The notes under the pieces: generated by a model | What the model was told of the DNA's origin: nothing | Database searches by the model: none | What the model saw: only the letters and a program-made list of their open reading frames with translations | Program-made: the position numbers and the translations under genes | Part shown: in pieces, positions 36,900-50,600 of the stretch | Layout of the letters: each line of letters opens with the position of its first letter | Numbering within the stretch: position 1 is the stretch's first letter | Assembly (NCBI GenBank): GCA_002269645.1 | Contig: NIVC01000417.1 | Coordinates: 1 to 64,000 of the forward strand | Source of the DNA: Macrostomum lignano | Lineage: Eukaryota | Length of the DNA: 64,000 bases | Direction of reading: 5' to 3'

Positions 36900-38039
36900 A
36901 TTATAGCGCCTATACTTTTATGATTAGGGCCTAAAAGCTGCACCTGTGTAGGCTAATAGAACCTAGGGATGCTATAGATCTAGGCCTAGGCTATATAGCA
37001 TCCTGACCTTGCCAATTGTATCTTGAAATAGCAACCAGTCCTTGGTCTTGGACTCTTAAATGCAATTATATCCTAGGTTCAAAAAATTGCATTTATACTG
37101 AATGCTGGAGCCTAGATGCGATTTCAAATCTTAGAGCCAGCGAAAGAGAAAAAAACCCCAGCTTTAGTTTATAAGCCTAGACAGGCCTATATGCCTAGGC
37201 AGGCCAGGCCTAGTTAACTAGTTTAGCTGCTCAGCCTGAGGCTCTAGGCCCTAGGCCTAGCCTAAACTTACTTAAAACGAAATAAATATAAACAGTGACG
37301 ATGCAGCAGTTGAAAGGACTCTGTATTTGCACTAGTATTTTTATATCAAATACAACTAATTCGAAACTCAACGAATGTAATATCGTAATTTCGTGAATTG
37401 TTAGTCTTACCCTCATTAACCTGTTTTAAAATCAATGCCTAATTTGGACTTTGAATTAATTTTCTAGGAACAGTATTAAAGAAAAATATTTTTTATGCGT
37501 CACTCCTTTAATTTCGGTTTTTAAGTATTATTTTTGAATGTGCAATATATTTCACTTATTTTTCCTATTTTGAAGTTCAATAATAGACCGTTTTTTCTTC
37601 ACTTTTTGTTATACTGGAATAAAACTAAAACTTTTTTACAGTTCTGAACGGCGCAAATATTGGTTAATTTTCGAGACCTGAGAGAGAGAGAGAGAGAGAT
37701 CTGAAAATAAAAACTGCTCTTTTAGAAATCATTTTTTTATTTTTATACTGCAACAAGCTGTTGAAACCCGCGGATTTTGAACCCGGGGAATTCTAATCCC
37801 CGGAACTACTTTTGCATGCATTCTGAAATCTAAGGCCATACACAAACAAATTAATAGTAGGATAGAGGTAGACATAAAATGGAGCACATTCGTGTAAAAT
37901 TACGGTTTGAGGCAAACGTTGATATTGTTATGGTATGGTATGATATGGTACTCCATAGAATGCCAGGCAATGTCTGTCTGACTCTAAAACATGTATTGGC
38001 AAACTCTGGCCTCTCCCTGACTCTCCCTATGTCCCTTGG

Positions 38040-38462
38040 ATCCTTTAAAATTTCTATCGTCTCTTTCCTTTCTTCTCTCTCATCCCTCGTCTCTCCTCTC
38101 TCCTCTCTCTTCTCTCCTCTCTCCTCTCTTCTCTTGTATCTTCCCTCATCTCTCTTCTGTTTCATCTCTCTTCCCTATCCTCTATCCTTCTCCTCTCTAT
38201 TCTTTTCTCTCTTCTCTTAACTCTCTCCTCTACTCTCTCATCTCTCCTCTCTACTCTTTCCTCTCTCCCCTCTTCTCTCGTCTCTTCCCTCACCTCTTTC
38301 CTATCTCTCTTTCCTCTCATCTCTTTTCTTGTTTTATATCTTCTCTCTCCCCTCGTCGCTCGTCTCTTCCCTCACCTCTCTTCTCTCTCGTCTGCTCTTT
38401 CATCTCTCCTTTCTCTTCTTTTATCTTTTCTCTCTTATCTCTTCTCGTTTCTATCTGCTCTG

Positions 38463-38539
<77 letters not shown>

Positions 38540-39400
38540 ATCTCTCTCCAATCTCTCTTCTCCTCTCTACTCTCTCCCCTCTTCATTCTCCTATTTCCTC
38601 TTCTCTCTCCCTGTCTCTCCTCTCTCCTCTAGTCTCTGTAATCTCTTCTCTCTTATCTCTCCTCTGTTCTCTGTACTCTCCCATCTCTCGTCTGTTCATC
38701 TGCTCTCTCATCTGTCATCTTTACTCTCTTATACGTTCTCTCACTTATCTCCTCTGTACTCTTCTCTTTCATCTCTTCTGACTCCTCTCTTTCCTTACTC
38801 CTCTCTTCTTTTCTCTTCCCTCTTCTATACTCTCTCTCTCCTCTATTGTCTTCTCTCGTCTCTCTGCACTCTTCTCTCACCTTTTTCATCTCTCATCTCT
38901 TCTTTCATCTGTCTCATCTCTACAATCTCATCTTTTTCCTCTCTCCTCCTCATCCCTTTACTCTCTCATCTCTCCTTTCTCCCATCTTCTTACACCACTC
39001 TCTTATCTCTATCTCTTCTCTTCTCACCCCTTCTCTCCCCCTCTTATCTCCTCTCTTTTCTATCCTTTCTACTCTCTCCTCTCTAATCTCTCCTCTCCTC
39101 TTGACCCTCTGTCATCTTCTTTCTGCTCTCTCATCTCTACTCTCTTCTCACTCTTCTCTACTCTCCTCTCATCGATCCTCTGTCTCATCTCTCCCCTCTT
39201 CTCACCTTTACTCTTTCCTCTCCCTCCTTTCTCCCCTCCTCTCGCTTCTTCCTCCCTTCTTCTCTGCTCTCTCCTCACCACTTTTTGCTAATACAGAGGA
39301 CACTTTTCTCTCCTCTTATATTCCATGTTTTCTCATATCCCCCTCTCGCCTCTCCTCTCTTCTAATAGTCTATTCCTTCTCCTTTCCACTCTCATCTGGC
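38040..39400. repeat. 1.4-kb polypyrimidine (CT-rich) low-complexity tract including a pure (CT)n run at ~38466-38535
   Basis: Almost no purines on the plus strand; the S/L/P and R/E ORFs here are artefacts. Confidence 0.95.
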
Positions 39401-39854
39401 CCGCACATAAGCTGGATACTGGATTCTTTATCTGGCTTTTGAAGTAAAAGTCTGCCCATTCCTGCTTGGAAAGCCAGTTTGTGGGACGTAGTACTCTCAT
39501 GGCTGTTCTCATGCTTTGATCATGTCATCTTTCTTGCCAATTTGCAGTCCTGAAAGGAATTTGTGTATTTTCAGCTCCACTGCAGTCTGCATCAGTCTAA
39601 CTAACAACCAAGGAAATACGCATTTCTTAGGAGGACATTTAAAATTTAAAGTACTTTTAAGAGAAACCTAAAATTTCCATGGTGTGACTAATTTAGTAGG
39701 GTTGTATTGCATTGCATCGCCTTTTCATAAATCTTTCGCTTTTACAAACCATGCTGGATTCCCTCGATTTGCCATCCAGGCATCCACTGTTAAACTGCTG
39801 CAGAGTTTGCCAATACAGAGGACAGTGGTTAGAATTTCTCACTAAACTGTCATG

Positions 39855-42800
39855 GCTAAACGTAGCCTCTCCACTCGCGGGGGTACAGAGAAGGCTATTA
39901 AAAAGTTATTCCAAAACACTGTACATTTGCTATGTACATTTAGCCCTATCGCCTGACCCTTCGTCTGGCTCTGGGGGAATGAGTGAGTGAGTGGAACAAA
40001 CAACAGAAAAAGCAGACAAACTTCACATGCTTACAGTTTCTTTTTCGGTTGAGTTACAGAGTTGAAACTTTACATTTAGATAGAGAATAAGTCAATGAAG
40101 AATTGTGTCAAGTTTGAAGTCAATCGCTTTACGTGGAGCAAACTTATGGCAGCTGAAAGTTAGTTAATTTTGAAACCCCTTTTACACATCTGGGCCCAGA
40201 TCGGGAAAGAGAGGCGGGCGGAGGTTGGGGTGGTTGCTACGCTGAAAAAACAGCCTAATTTTAAAAGTGCACAGCACCGCTCAGGATTAACTTTGAGACT
40301 CGAAATTTTACATTATTGTGCCAAAATAGTTGAAGATTGTCTGTGTCAAATTTGAAAAGAATCGGTAAAAGTGGAGCGGCGCTATGGAGGATTTAGTGAA
40401 AAAATCGCGTATTTTGAGCAGTTTTTTGTACTTTTAGGTAGGAAGACTTGAGTCTAGGAAATTAAAAGGTAGCCTAAGACATTCTCCGTAGTAAGTTTAG
40501 GGTGGGTGTAAAGTTTTGTGTCATTTGGTTGAGCGGTTTGGGAGTCCATAGCGAACAAAATTGTCCACAGACAGACGGACACACAGACAGAGTTTTGATT
40601 TTTATATGTAGAGACGAGGCCAACTCCTCCGATGGAGGAGAAAGGGGAAGAATTCCCATCACCGGAACTCCATTCCCTGAAATGCCATTCACTGAATCCC
40701 ATCATCCAACTCCTCTCCGCGAAACTGAAAATCATCGAAATCGTCTCCGCGAAACAGAAATTCTCTCCATAAAACTGGACTGAATCGGAATTTTCTCCGT
40801 CAAAAAGAATCAACTCTCAGGATTCAGTGGTTAGGGTTAGGGTTAGGGTTAGGGTTAGAGCTACAACGCAGCAGCGTGTTGAAAGGCGCCGATAAAAAAT
40901 TGAACCAATTGAATTCATTGAATGGCAACCGATTTCACAGTCATTCAGTATCAGTCTCGGTAAAAGTTAACAAAAAGATTGCGCAAACTAAATCAACCCT
41001 CCAATACACAGCGACTGACCCCCTTCCGCAGTGGCAATTAAAAGTTGAACCGCCCCCCCCCTCCCACCAACTGTTGGGGGGGTTGGTCGAACCCCATTGA
41101 ACTCCAAAATGAGTACACTGAAGAAAGTTAAAAGTATGGAAATCGTTTTTTAAATGCTGTGCTTTTTGTTTTCACATTTAAAGCAAACAACTTATATCCC
41201 CGAACTCAGTATTGCAAGATCTTTCCAGCAATATAAGTCTCTCCTCTGAAAGTTTAAAACTCGAGGAACAGTTAGCGTTTGAAATTTCCTGATTTAAAGC
41301 ATTGAAGTATCGAGTGTACGTTCACTGCCTGCTAAAGAGGCTCGCAAGTTTATTCATTGAATTTTACTGCCCAGCAAATACACATGGCTGCCTATTGAAT
41401 GCCGCCGATAATAAAACCAATTAATTCTCGACACAGTCCTAGCTATCTCCTTACACTGTACAACTGCTATGTACACTCAGCCCAAGCCCAACCCCCCCAT
41501 TCCGGGGGAATCGTTAAATTAATTGAACCCCCCAACACGCGGGGGGGGGGGTTATTTGCATTGAACGCGGAACACGCGCACCCACCAACCCTCAATACAC
41601 AGCGGCCCGCGGGCGGAGGTTGGGGTGGCTATTTTTACAAACTGGCTGCAGCCCCTGGCAGAGTGGCCAAAGAAGGTTATTGAGGGTTAAAAAACAGTTT
41701 TCTGCTTTTTTAGGGATCTTAAAATGTAAAAATGAAAGATTAAAATAGCTATAAACCCAATCCAGAAAATTTGCAGTTTTCCCATATAAGTTTCAACGCT
41801 GACTTGCCAGTAGTCTAGGAGAAAAATTGCAACACACAGACAAACAACGCACCACTTTTAGTATTTACGAGGCCAACTCCTCCTCTGGAGGAGAAAGGGG
41901 TAGAATTCCCATCACCGGAACTCCATTCCCTGAAATGCCATTCCATGAAACCCATCATCCAACTCCTCTCCGCGAAACTGAACATCATCGAAATCCTCTC
42001 CGTAAAAGAGAACTCCATCAAACACCTCTCCGTGAAACTGACATCCATTAAAATCGTCTCCGCGAAACAGAAATTCTCTCCATAAAACTGGACTGAATCG
42101 AAATTTTCTCCGTCAAAAAGAATCAACTCTCAGGATTCAGTGGTTAGGGTTAGGGTTAGGGTTAGGGTTAGAGCTACACGCAGCAGTGTGTTGAAAGGCG
42201 TCGATAAAAAATTGAACTAATTGAATCAATTCATTGCGCAACCGATTTCACAGTCAGTCAGTATCAGTCTCAGTTAAAGTTAACAAAAAGATTGCGCAAA
42301 CTAAATCAACCCTCCAATACACAGCGACTGACCCCCTTCCAATACGCAGTGGCAATTAAAAGTTGAACTCCCCTCCAACTGTTGGGGGTTGGTCGAACCC
42401 CCTTTGAACCCAAAATGAGTACACTCTGCAGAAAGTTAAAAGTATGGAAATTGTTTTTTAAATGCTGTGATTTTTTGTTTTCACATTTAAAGCAAACAAC
42501 TTATATCCCCGAACTCAGTATTGCAAGATCTTTCCAGCAATATAAGTCTCTCTGAAAGTTTAAAACTCAAGGAATAGTTAGCGTTTGAAATTTCCCGATT
42601 TAAAGCATTGAAGTATCGAGTGTATGCTCACTGCCTGCTAAAGAGGCTCGCAAGTTTATTCATTGAATTTCACTGCCCAGCAAATACACATGGCTGCCTA
42701 TTGAATGGCGCCGATAATAAAACCAATTAAATCTCGACACAATCCTAGCTATCTCCTTACACTGTACAACTGCTATGTACACTCAGCCCAAGCCCAACCC

Positions 42801-45800
42801 CCCATTCCGGGGGAATCGTTAAATTTAATTGAACCCCCCAACACGCGGGGGTTTTGCATTTAACGCAGAACACGCGCACCCACCCCCCCAAAACACAGCG
42901 ACCCGCGGGCGGAGGTTGGGATGGCTATTTTTACAAACAGACTGCAACCCCTCCACTGGAGAGGCAGAGTGGCCACAGAAGGGCCAAAGAAGGTTAGGAA
43001 ATCAGTTTTCTGCTTTTCTGCTTTTCTTTTTAGGGATCTTAAAATGTAAAAATGAAAGATTAAAATTGCTATAAACCCAGTCCGGAAAATTTGCAGTTTA
43101 CCCATATAAGTTTCAACGCTGACTTGCCAGTAGTTTAGGAGAAAAATTGCAACACACATACAGACAAACAAACAACGCATCACTTTTAGTATTAAGCGAG
43201 GCCAACTCCTCCTTCGGAGAAGAAAGGGGAAGAACTCCAATCAGCGGAATTCCATTCCCTGAACTCCATCAGCGGAATCCCATTTTCCAACACCTCTCCG
43301 CGCAACAGAAATCGTCTCCGTGAAACTGAACACTATCGAAATCCTCTCCGTGAAACTGAACACCATCGAAATATTCTCCTCGAAATAGAAATCCTCTCCG
43401 TGAAACTGGACTAAATCGAAATTTCTACGTCAAACAGCCCAGCTCTCAGAATTCATTGGTTAAGGTTAGGGTTGGGGTTAGAGCTACACACAGCTGCGTG
43501 TTGAAAGACGCCGTAAAAACATTGAACCAATTAAATTGCGCAACTTATTTCTCAGGCAGTCAGTATCAGCCTCAGTTAAAGTTAACAAAAAGATTGCGCA
43601 ATCTAAATCAACCCTCAAATACACAGCAACCGACCCCCCTTCCAATACGCAGTGCAGCTAGAAATTGAACCCCCCCCCCTCACCAACTATTGGGGGGTCG
43701 GTCGAACCCCCATTGAACTCCAAAATGAGAACAATCTTTGCAGAAAGCTAAAAGTATGAAAATCTTTTCTTGAATGCTGTGAATTTAATTTTCATATTTA
43801 AAGCAAAAAACTTATATCCCCGAACTCATCGCAGCAAGATCTTTCCAGCAATATAAGTCTCTCCTCTCTAAGTTCAAAACTCGAGCAACAGTTAGTGTTT
43901 GAAACTTTCTGATTTTAAGCATTGAAATATCGAGTGTACGTTCACTGCCTGCAACAGTGAATTGCAATTGTCTATACAGTCAGCCCGTGCGCCACGGTCC
44001 AAGTGCACACGAAATGATTGCGCAATCTAAATCAACCCTCCAATACACAGCGACTGACCCCCTTCCGCAGTGGCAATTAAAAGTTGAACCGCCCCCCCTC
44101 CCACCAACTGTTGGGGGGTTGGTCGAACCCCATTGAACCCCAAAATGAGTACAATCTTTCCAGAAAGTAAAAAGTATGGAAGTTGTTTTCGATCGCTGTG
44201 TTTTTTCTTTTCACATTTAAAACAAACAACTTATATCCCCGAACTCAGTGTTGCAAGATCTTTCCAGCAATATAAGTCTATTATTTTAAAGTTTAGAACT
44301 CGAGCAACAGTTAGCGTTTGAAATGTCCCGATTTAAAGCATTGAAGTATCGAGTGTACGTTCACCTGCCTGCTAAAAAGGCTCGAATGTTGATGCATTGA
44401 ATTTCAGTGTGCAAAAAATACACCGGGCTGCCTAATTGAAAATCAGAGCACGTATCGTTGCGCAATTGTCTATACAGTCAGCCCGTGCGCCAAGGTCCAA
44501 GTGTACACACGCCGCCACTGAGAACGCGAGCACCCCCACTGGAGAGAAAATACACTGCAGAGATAGGAGAAAGTTATGGCGCAATCGCTCAAAATTCATG
44601 CAAATTTTTAGCTCCAAGCAGAAAGAGGGGACAAATAAGATTATCAAAGGTCAAGATTGCAGTTTTTTGCTTTTTTCGGGATCTTAAAATGTAAAAATAA
44701 AAAATTGAAATAGCCCACTGCCATCCTCGGAAAATTTGCAGTTTTCCCATATAAGTTTCGACGCTGACTTGCAAGTCGTCTAGGAGGAGATATGTATCAC
44801 ACAGACAAACAACGCACCAGTTTTAGTATTAAGAGAGGCCAACTCCTCCTTCGGAGAAGAAAGGGGAAGAACTCCCATCACTGGAATTCCATTCCCTGAA
44901 CTCCATCAGCTAAACTCAACTCTCAGAATTCATTGGTTAGGGTTAGGGTTAGAGCTACACACAGCAGCGTGTTGAAAGGCGCCAATAAAATATTGAACTA
45001 ATTGAATCAATTGATTGCGCAACCGATTTCTCAGTCAGTCAGTATAAAGTTAGCAAAAAGATTGCGCAATCTATTGTAAATCAACCCTCCAATACACAGC
45101 GACCGACCCTTCCAATACTCAGTGGCAGTTAGAAGATGAAACCAACCCCCGGAACCCCCATGAACCCCTAAAATGAATAAAATCTTTGCCGACAGTATGA
45201 AAAACTTTTTCCATTGCTCCGCCTTTATTTTTCTACTTTAAAGCAAACAATTTTTATACCCGAACTCAGCGTTGCAAGCTCTTTTCAGCAATATAAGTCT
45301 CTTCTCTCAAAGTTTAATACTCAAAGAGAATTTAGCGTTTGAAAGTTCCCGTTTTAAAGCATTGAAATATCGAGTGTGCACGTTCACTGCCTGCTGGCAC
45401 AAATAATAAAACAAATTGATGGCGCAATTCATTTCTCCGTCAGTCAGTATCAGTCTCAGTTAAAATTATTACGCAATCTAAATCAACCCTCCAATGCTCA
45501 GAGACTGACCCCTTGCAAATACGCAGTGGTGGTGAGAAATTGAACCCCCCCCCAACTGTTGGGGGGTCGGTCGAACCCCCATTCAATCCAAAATGAGTAC
45601 ACTCTTTGTAGAAAGCTAAAAGTATGGAAATATTTTATTGAATGCAGTGCTTTCAGTTTTCTTATTTAAAGCAAGCAACTTATATCCCCGAACTCAGCGT
45701 TGAAAGATTTTTCCAGCAATATAAGTCTCTCCTCTCAAAGTTAAAAACTCGAGGAACAGTTGGCGTTTGAAATTTCCCGATTTAAAGCATTGAACCATCG

Positions 45801-46300
45801 AGTGTACGTTCAGTGCGTGCTAAAGATGCTCGCAAGTTTATTCATTGAATTTACTGTCCAACAAATACACAGGGCTGCCTATTGAAAATCAGAACATCTA
45901 TCGTTGCGCAATTTTCTATACAGTCAGTCAGCCCGTGCGCCAAGGTAAAAGTGTACACACGCCGCCACTGAGAACGCGACCATCCCCCCACTGGAGAGAA
46001 AATACACTACAGAGATAGGAGAAAGTTGTGGCGTAATCACTCAAAATTCATGCAAATTTTCAGCTCCAAGCAGAAAAAGTGACCAGAGAAGGTTAGGAAA
46101 TCAGTTTTCTGCTTTTTTAAGGATCTTAAAATGTGAAAATAAAATTTTAAAATAGCCCACTGCAGTCTCCGGAAAATTTGCAGTTTTCTGATATAAGTTT
46201 CAAGGCTGACTTGCAAGTATTCCAGGAGGAGTTATGCAACATACGGACAGACAGACAGACAGACAGACAAACAAACAACGCACCAACTTTAGTATATAGC
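39855..46300 (-). mobile_element. Head-to-tail array of non-autonomous Helitron derivatives (units of ~1.25-1.64 kb) plus a diverged left unit
   Basis: The junction motif TTTTAGTAT..(C)GAGGCCAACTCCTCC-nnn-GGAG(G/A)AG recurs at ~40618, 41871, 43200, 44837, 46305. Units share their 5' ~450 bp and 3' ~120 bp with the ends of the autonomous element. TTAGGG tracts lie at 40831, 42144, 43460 and 44937. The leftmost terminus is not resolved. Confidence 0.8.
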
Positions 46301-47219
46301 ACGAGGCCAACTCCTCCTCCGGAGGAGAAAGGGGAAGAACTCCCATCACCGGAATCCCATAACCGGAATTCCATTCCCTGAAATCCATCAGCTGAATCTC
46401 ATGAGCTAAGTCAGTCAGAGTAAGAGTCACACAAAGCATTTATGACGTAATCAATTTATCAGGCAGTCGGTGTTAGGCTCATTATAAATTAACTATAAGG
46501 TTACGCAATCCAAATCAACCCTCCAATACGTACACAGCGACCTACACTTTCAGTACACAACGCGCAATTAGAAATCTAACTAACGCATCCATTCCTATCA
46601 GGTAGTTATACTTCTGTGTCTCCGTTAAATATATTAAAAAACTAATTCAAAGACATCATTGGGGGGTGCGCAGGAAACGACCAAATTAAAGGGATAGTAT
46701 AAGCACGGGTCATTGGCTAAGTATTGCATAATTGTTAATTCAGAATTTATGTGCATGTAATACCTTTTCATTATTTATGATGTTTACTAATAGCCTATGA
46801 ATCGACTGGCTCGTTTGTATTCTGAATCCTGCGCACCCCGAGTACAGTATGGCATATATTTTTTATTAAAGCTCTTTCCAGCAATAAATTGTGTTATAAT
46901 AGGGGTGCAAGCAAAGGTGGGGAGAAAGTGGAAGAAACCTAATAACTTAACTGACAATACTAAATGTGTGAATTGGCCGTTAATATTACACGTGTAACAA
47001 AATACATAAATAATTACGAACGGCTACTTTGTACATTAAAAAGATTCAGAAAAAATAAGTACGGCAATTGAATCTAAATTGCTTGGAGCCTGAGCATTCT
47101 TAGAAGCTCCCCTTATATGAGCAACTCTATCAAGAAACAGTTTTGCCACTACCTAATAGTTTATGTTAAAAGATTCATCAGTCTCATTATTTGTCGCACT
47201 CTCAATTTGGCACTCAATG

Positions 47220-47600
47220 TGGCATAAGTATTTTCGCTCGTGAATTCGTCACTCTCAAAATTTATGACTCATAATTTGTCTCTCATAATTTATCACTCTC
47301 ATAATTCGTCACACTCAATATGACATCCTGAATTTTGCACCCTCATAAGTATTATCGCTCTCAAATTTGTCACTCATAATTTTTCACTCCCTCTCATGAT
47401 TAACCACTCCTTCTCATAATTTTTCACCCACTCGCTCCCATAATTTGTCACTCACTCTCATAATTTGTCACTCACTCTCATAATTTGTCACTTACTCTCA
47501 TAATTTGTCACTCACTCTCATAATTTGTCTCTCACTCTCATAATTTTTCTCTCACTCTCATAATTTATCACTCACTCTTATAATATGTCACTCATATTAT
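47220..47600. repeat. 20-bp minisatellite (CTCATAATTTGTCACTCACT) in the Helitron 3' region
   Basis: Tandem units, most regular at 47440-47590. Confidence 0.85.
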
Positions 47601-47639
47601 ATTTCTGTCATTTGAGTCTGTTAATTCAATTGAGTCTAA

Positions 47640-50600
47640 TCAGTTCTGCTTGCCGATAAGCTGGCGCAGCACGATGTTCCGCGTCCGTCCGCCTGGAGCC
47701 CGAACTTTAACGCCATCGGCACTCCGCGCACGACTCAGAGCCACGTAGAGCTGGCCATGCTGAAAGCAAGCCGTCGTCAGGTCGACGGCGTAGGTGCCCA
47801 GCGACTGGCCCTGGCTCTTGTGGATGGTCATGGCGAAGCACGGCCGGATCGGGAACTGCAGACGGCGGAAAACAAACGGAACCTCTGTCGGACTCGGCTC
47901 CTGCGGGATCCGCGGGATGAACACCTGCCGCGAACGGTAGACGCCGGTGGTTACCTCCGCTAGCAGGACGTTGTCACGCAGTTCACGCAGCAGTAGCCGA
48001 GTCCCGTTGCACAGCAGCGGTGGGTCCAGATTCCGCATCATGACGACCGGCATGCCGACCTTCAGCTCCAGTCGGTGATGCGACATACCGCTGGGGTCCA
48101 GCCGGTTCAGCAGCTCCGGTGGAAAATTGGTGGCTGCCGTGTCGTCATTCGGAATCGAGTCAACAGATAAGTAGACTCGACTCTCACCGGGGAAGAGCGC
48201 TAAGCAGGCGGCGTTGGCCTCGTCCACCGTCCTGTTGAGTGGCGCCAGGATGCTCCGCTCCGCGAACATCTGGTCACGCTGCGCACTCGGCTCAAAGGAC
48301 GGGTAAACATGCCGAATGAGCTGCTCAGTGGTTGTGTCCTCGGGCAGAAGGATCTCGCTAGGCAAGGAGACCATGCCCTCAACGTCCTCTGGCAGCTCCC
48401 CGTTGCCAACCTGACGGTGAAAAAGTGGAATAAAATTTTACAATTTTTTCCTTCAATTTGCATGCTTAATGAGAGCATAGAAACTCCATAGATTCTCACC
48501 TGCATAAGAAAATCCGCGTAGCTTTGGAGAGCCGAGCCGCCCTCCAGCCGCAGATTCCTTGTGAGCTGGTGCTGCCTGAAGTGCGGCCACAGCACCGACC
48601 GATTCAGGCAGGCTTCAATCGTGTTGGCCTGCGTCCCTCCGGGCACAACAGCAAGCAACTGGCGAAAGTCGCCAGCCAGCACCAGCAGCGCTCCCCCGAA
48701 CGGCTGCCCACCGTGCAGCAAATCACGCAGAGAACGCTCGACGATCTCGAGGTCTTTGCGGTGCGTCATCGGAGCCTCGTCCCACACGATGAGGCGGGCG
48801 TTCCGCAGAATCTCCGCCAATTTGCTCCGCCTGCCGATGGAGCAGAAGGCGCTGTCCTGCCGTACAGCGCAGACGGGGATCTTGAACCTGTAGGCAGGTA
48901 TCGCGAGGATTTTCAATTTTGAGGATAAATTAAAAGGATTAAAAGGATGCCTTTCTGTGCTTAAAAATGAACCGTTTATAAAATGATTGATGCAGACACA
49001 AAACTCACATCGAATGGGCGGTCCGACCTCCGGGAAGAATAGTCGCCGCGATGCCCGATGACGCGACGGCAACAGCAATTTGACGCCTTGCTCGAACCGA
49101 CTTCAGCAGAAGCGTGAGCAGGAACGTCTTGCCTGTGCCTCCAGGAGCGTCAATGAAGTGCAGCCCGCCGCCACCGGCCGTCAGATTGGACTGCACGGCC
49201 TCGAAGACAGCTCGCTGCTCGTCAGTCAGGGTAGCGACCAGCGCATCCACTTCAGACTGCAGCTCAGCAGCTTCTTGCGGCGTCGGCAGGCAGTCAGAAA
49301 GAAGCCGAGCCTGGATATTGAGAAGAAGCTGTCATCAGTAAGCTATTAAAGGTTAAAAATATCAACAGTCAGTGTGCATAGCAGTGAGTTCATTTACTTG
49401 ATCCGCTTCTGCCGGTGGTTCAGGAAGGCCGTAGGCAGACAGCTCGGATCCGCCCATCCGCTCCAGCCGCTTCTGCAGCGACCGCAGCACTTCGGCCATA
49501 GCAGCCTCGGCGCTCAAGCCCTGATGCAGCAGGTCGCCAGCCATCTCGCGGGAAAACTTCTCCCAGAGCTTGGCGGGGTCGCTGGGATCGCCGTGCGCCA
49601 AAATTGCGGCAAAAAGTCGGCGCAGAGCAGCAGGCATCCGCGTCTGGGCAGCCTCATACAGACACAGCTGCCAGTGCCTGTCGTCTTCCAGCAGTCCGCG
49701 AGCCTGGCAGGCGGCCTTGAAGGTCGGCAGCAGGACTCCGTCAACAGTGCGCAGAGCCTCGAACGAAGTCGGGCCGCGCACATTCACCAGCAGCAGGCGC
49801 AGGTAAAAACAGTCGCCCATCCGAGGACTGACTGTGTAGATGCGGCCGATGTTGCTGGTCGTCAGAACATCGGCTGGCTGATCAGCAGCGACTCGGCCGC
49901 GACCTGCGCGATGCCACTGGTGCGCCCTGGGGTCCCAGGTGAAGTGCCGGGGCACCTCCTGGTACAGCAGACCGCGGGCGATTTCGTCATGGCGACAGAG
50001 CTGGGCGGGTAGGAACAGGAAAGTGGGCGGGTAGAAACAGGAAGGAGGGATAAATTTAACAAATTGCACTTTGTCTGCAAAACTCACATCGAAGAAGGCG
50101 GTCAAAGTCGTGGCCTTGGGCGTAGCAGCAACAGCCTGAGCCGTCTCGTCAGTGAAGAAGACCCGCTGCTCGTCCTTAAGATGAACCGCGAGCCTGATCA
50201 CAGGCGGGTATCGGCTGTGCACCTCGAAGCCCAGGATGGTGTTAACCGCCTCCATTGGACCGATGAACCTGCCCAGTAGGTATTCGTCGATCTCGTCGAT
50301 CTTGCGTCGCTTTGCGGAAGTCGCAGCAGCAGCAGCAGCAGTCCCAGTCGACGCGGACGGACCGGCGATCGCCAGTGGTCCTTCAGTGGCCGAATCAGCG
50401 CTGGCATTCGCAGCAGCCGCCGACTCCTTGCGGATCTGGTATGCTGCCATGTCGCTACCCTTGGTGATGTACTTCACCACGTACTTGATGGCCCGAACTG
50501 TCGCGCAGATCTCGACATTCAGGTGACAGCGAAACTCGCGCAGCAGCGCTGGGCAGTACGGCACCACCCAGCGGTTGTCAAAGGTGAACATCACCCTCTG

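Noticed and set aside
37851-39442. S/L/P-rich and R/E-rich ORFs
   Set aside because: Translation artefacts of the CT/AG low-complexity tract.
40831-40860. Genuine chromosome end or telomere fusion
   Set aside because: Only 2-4 units, single orientation, and always inside the same repeat unit.
40454-46439. Numerous 60-120 aa ORFs in the Helitron-derived units
   Set aside because: They recur identically only because the units are duplicated, and they have no domain features.
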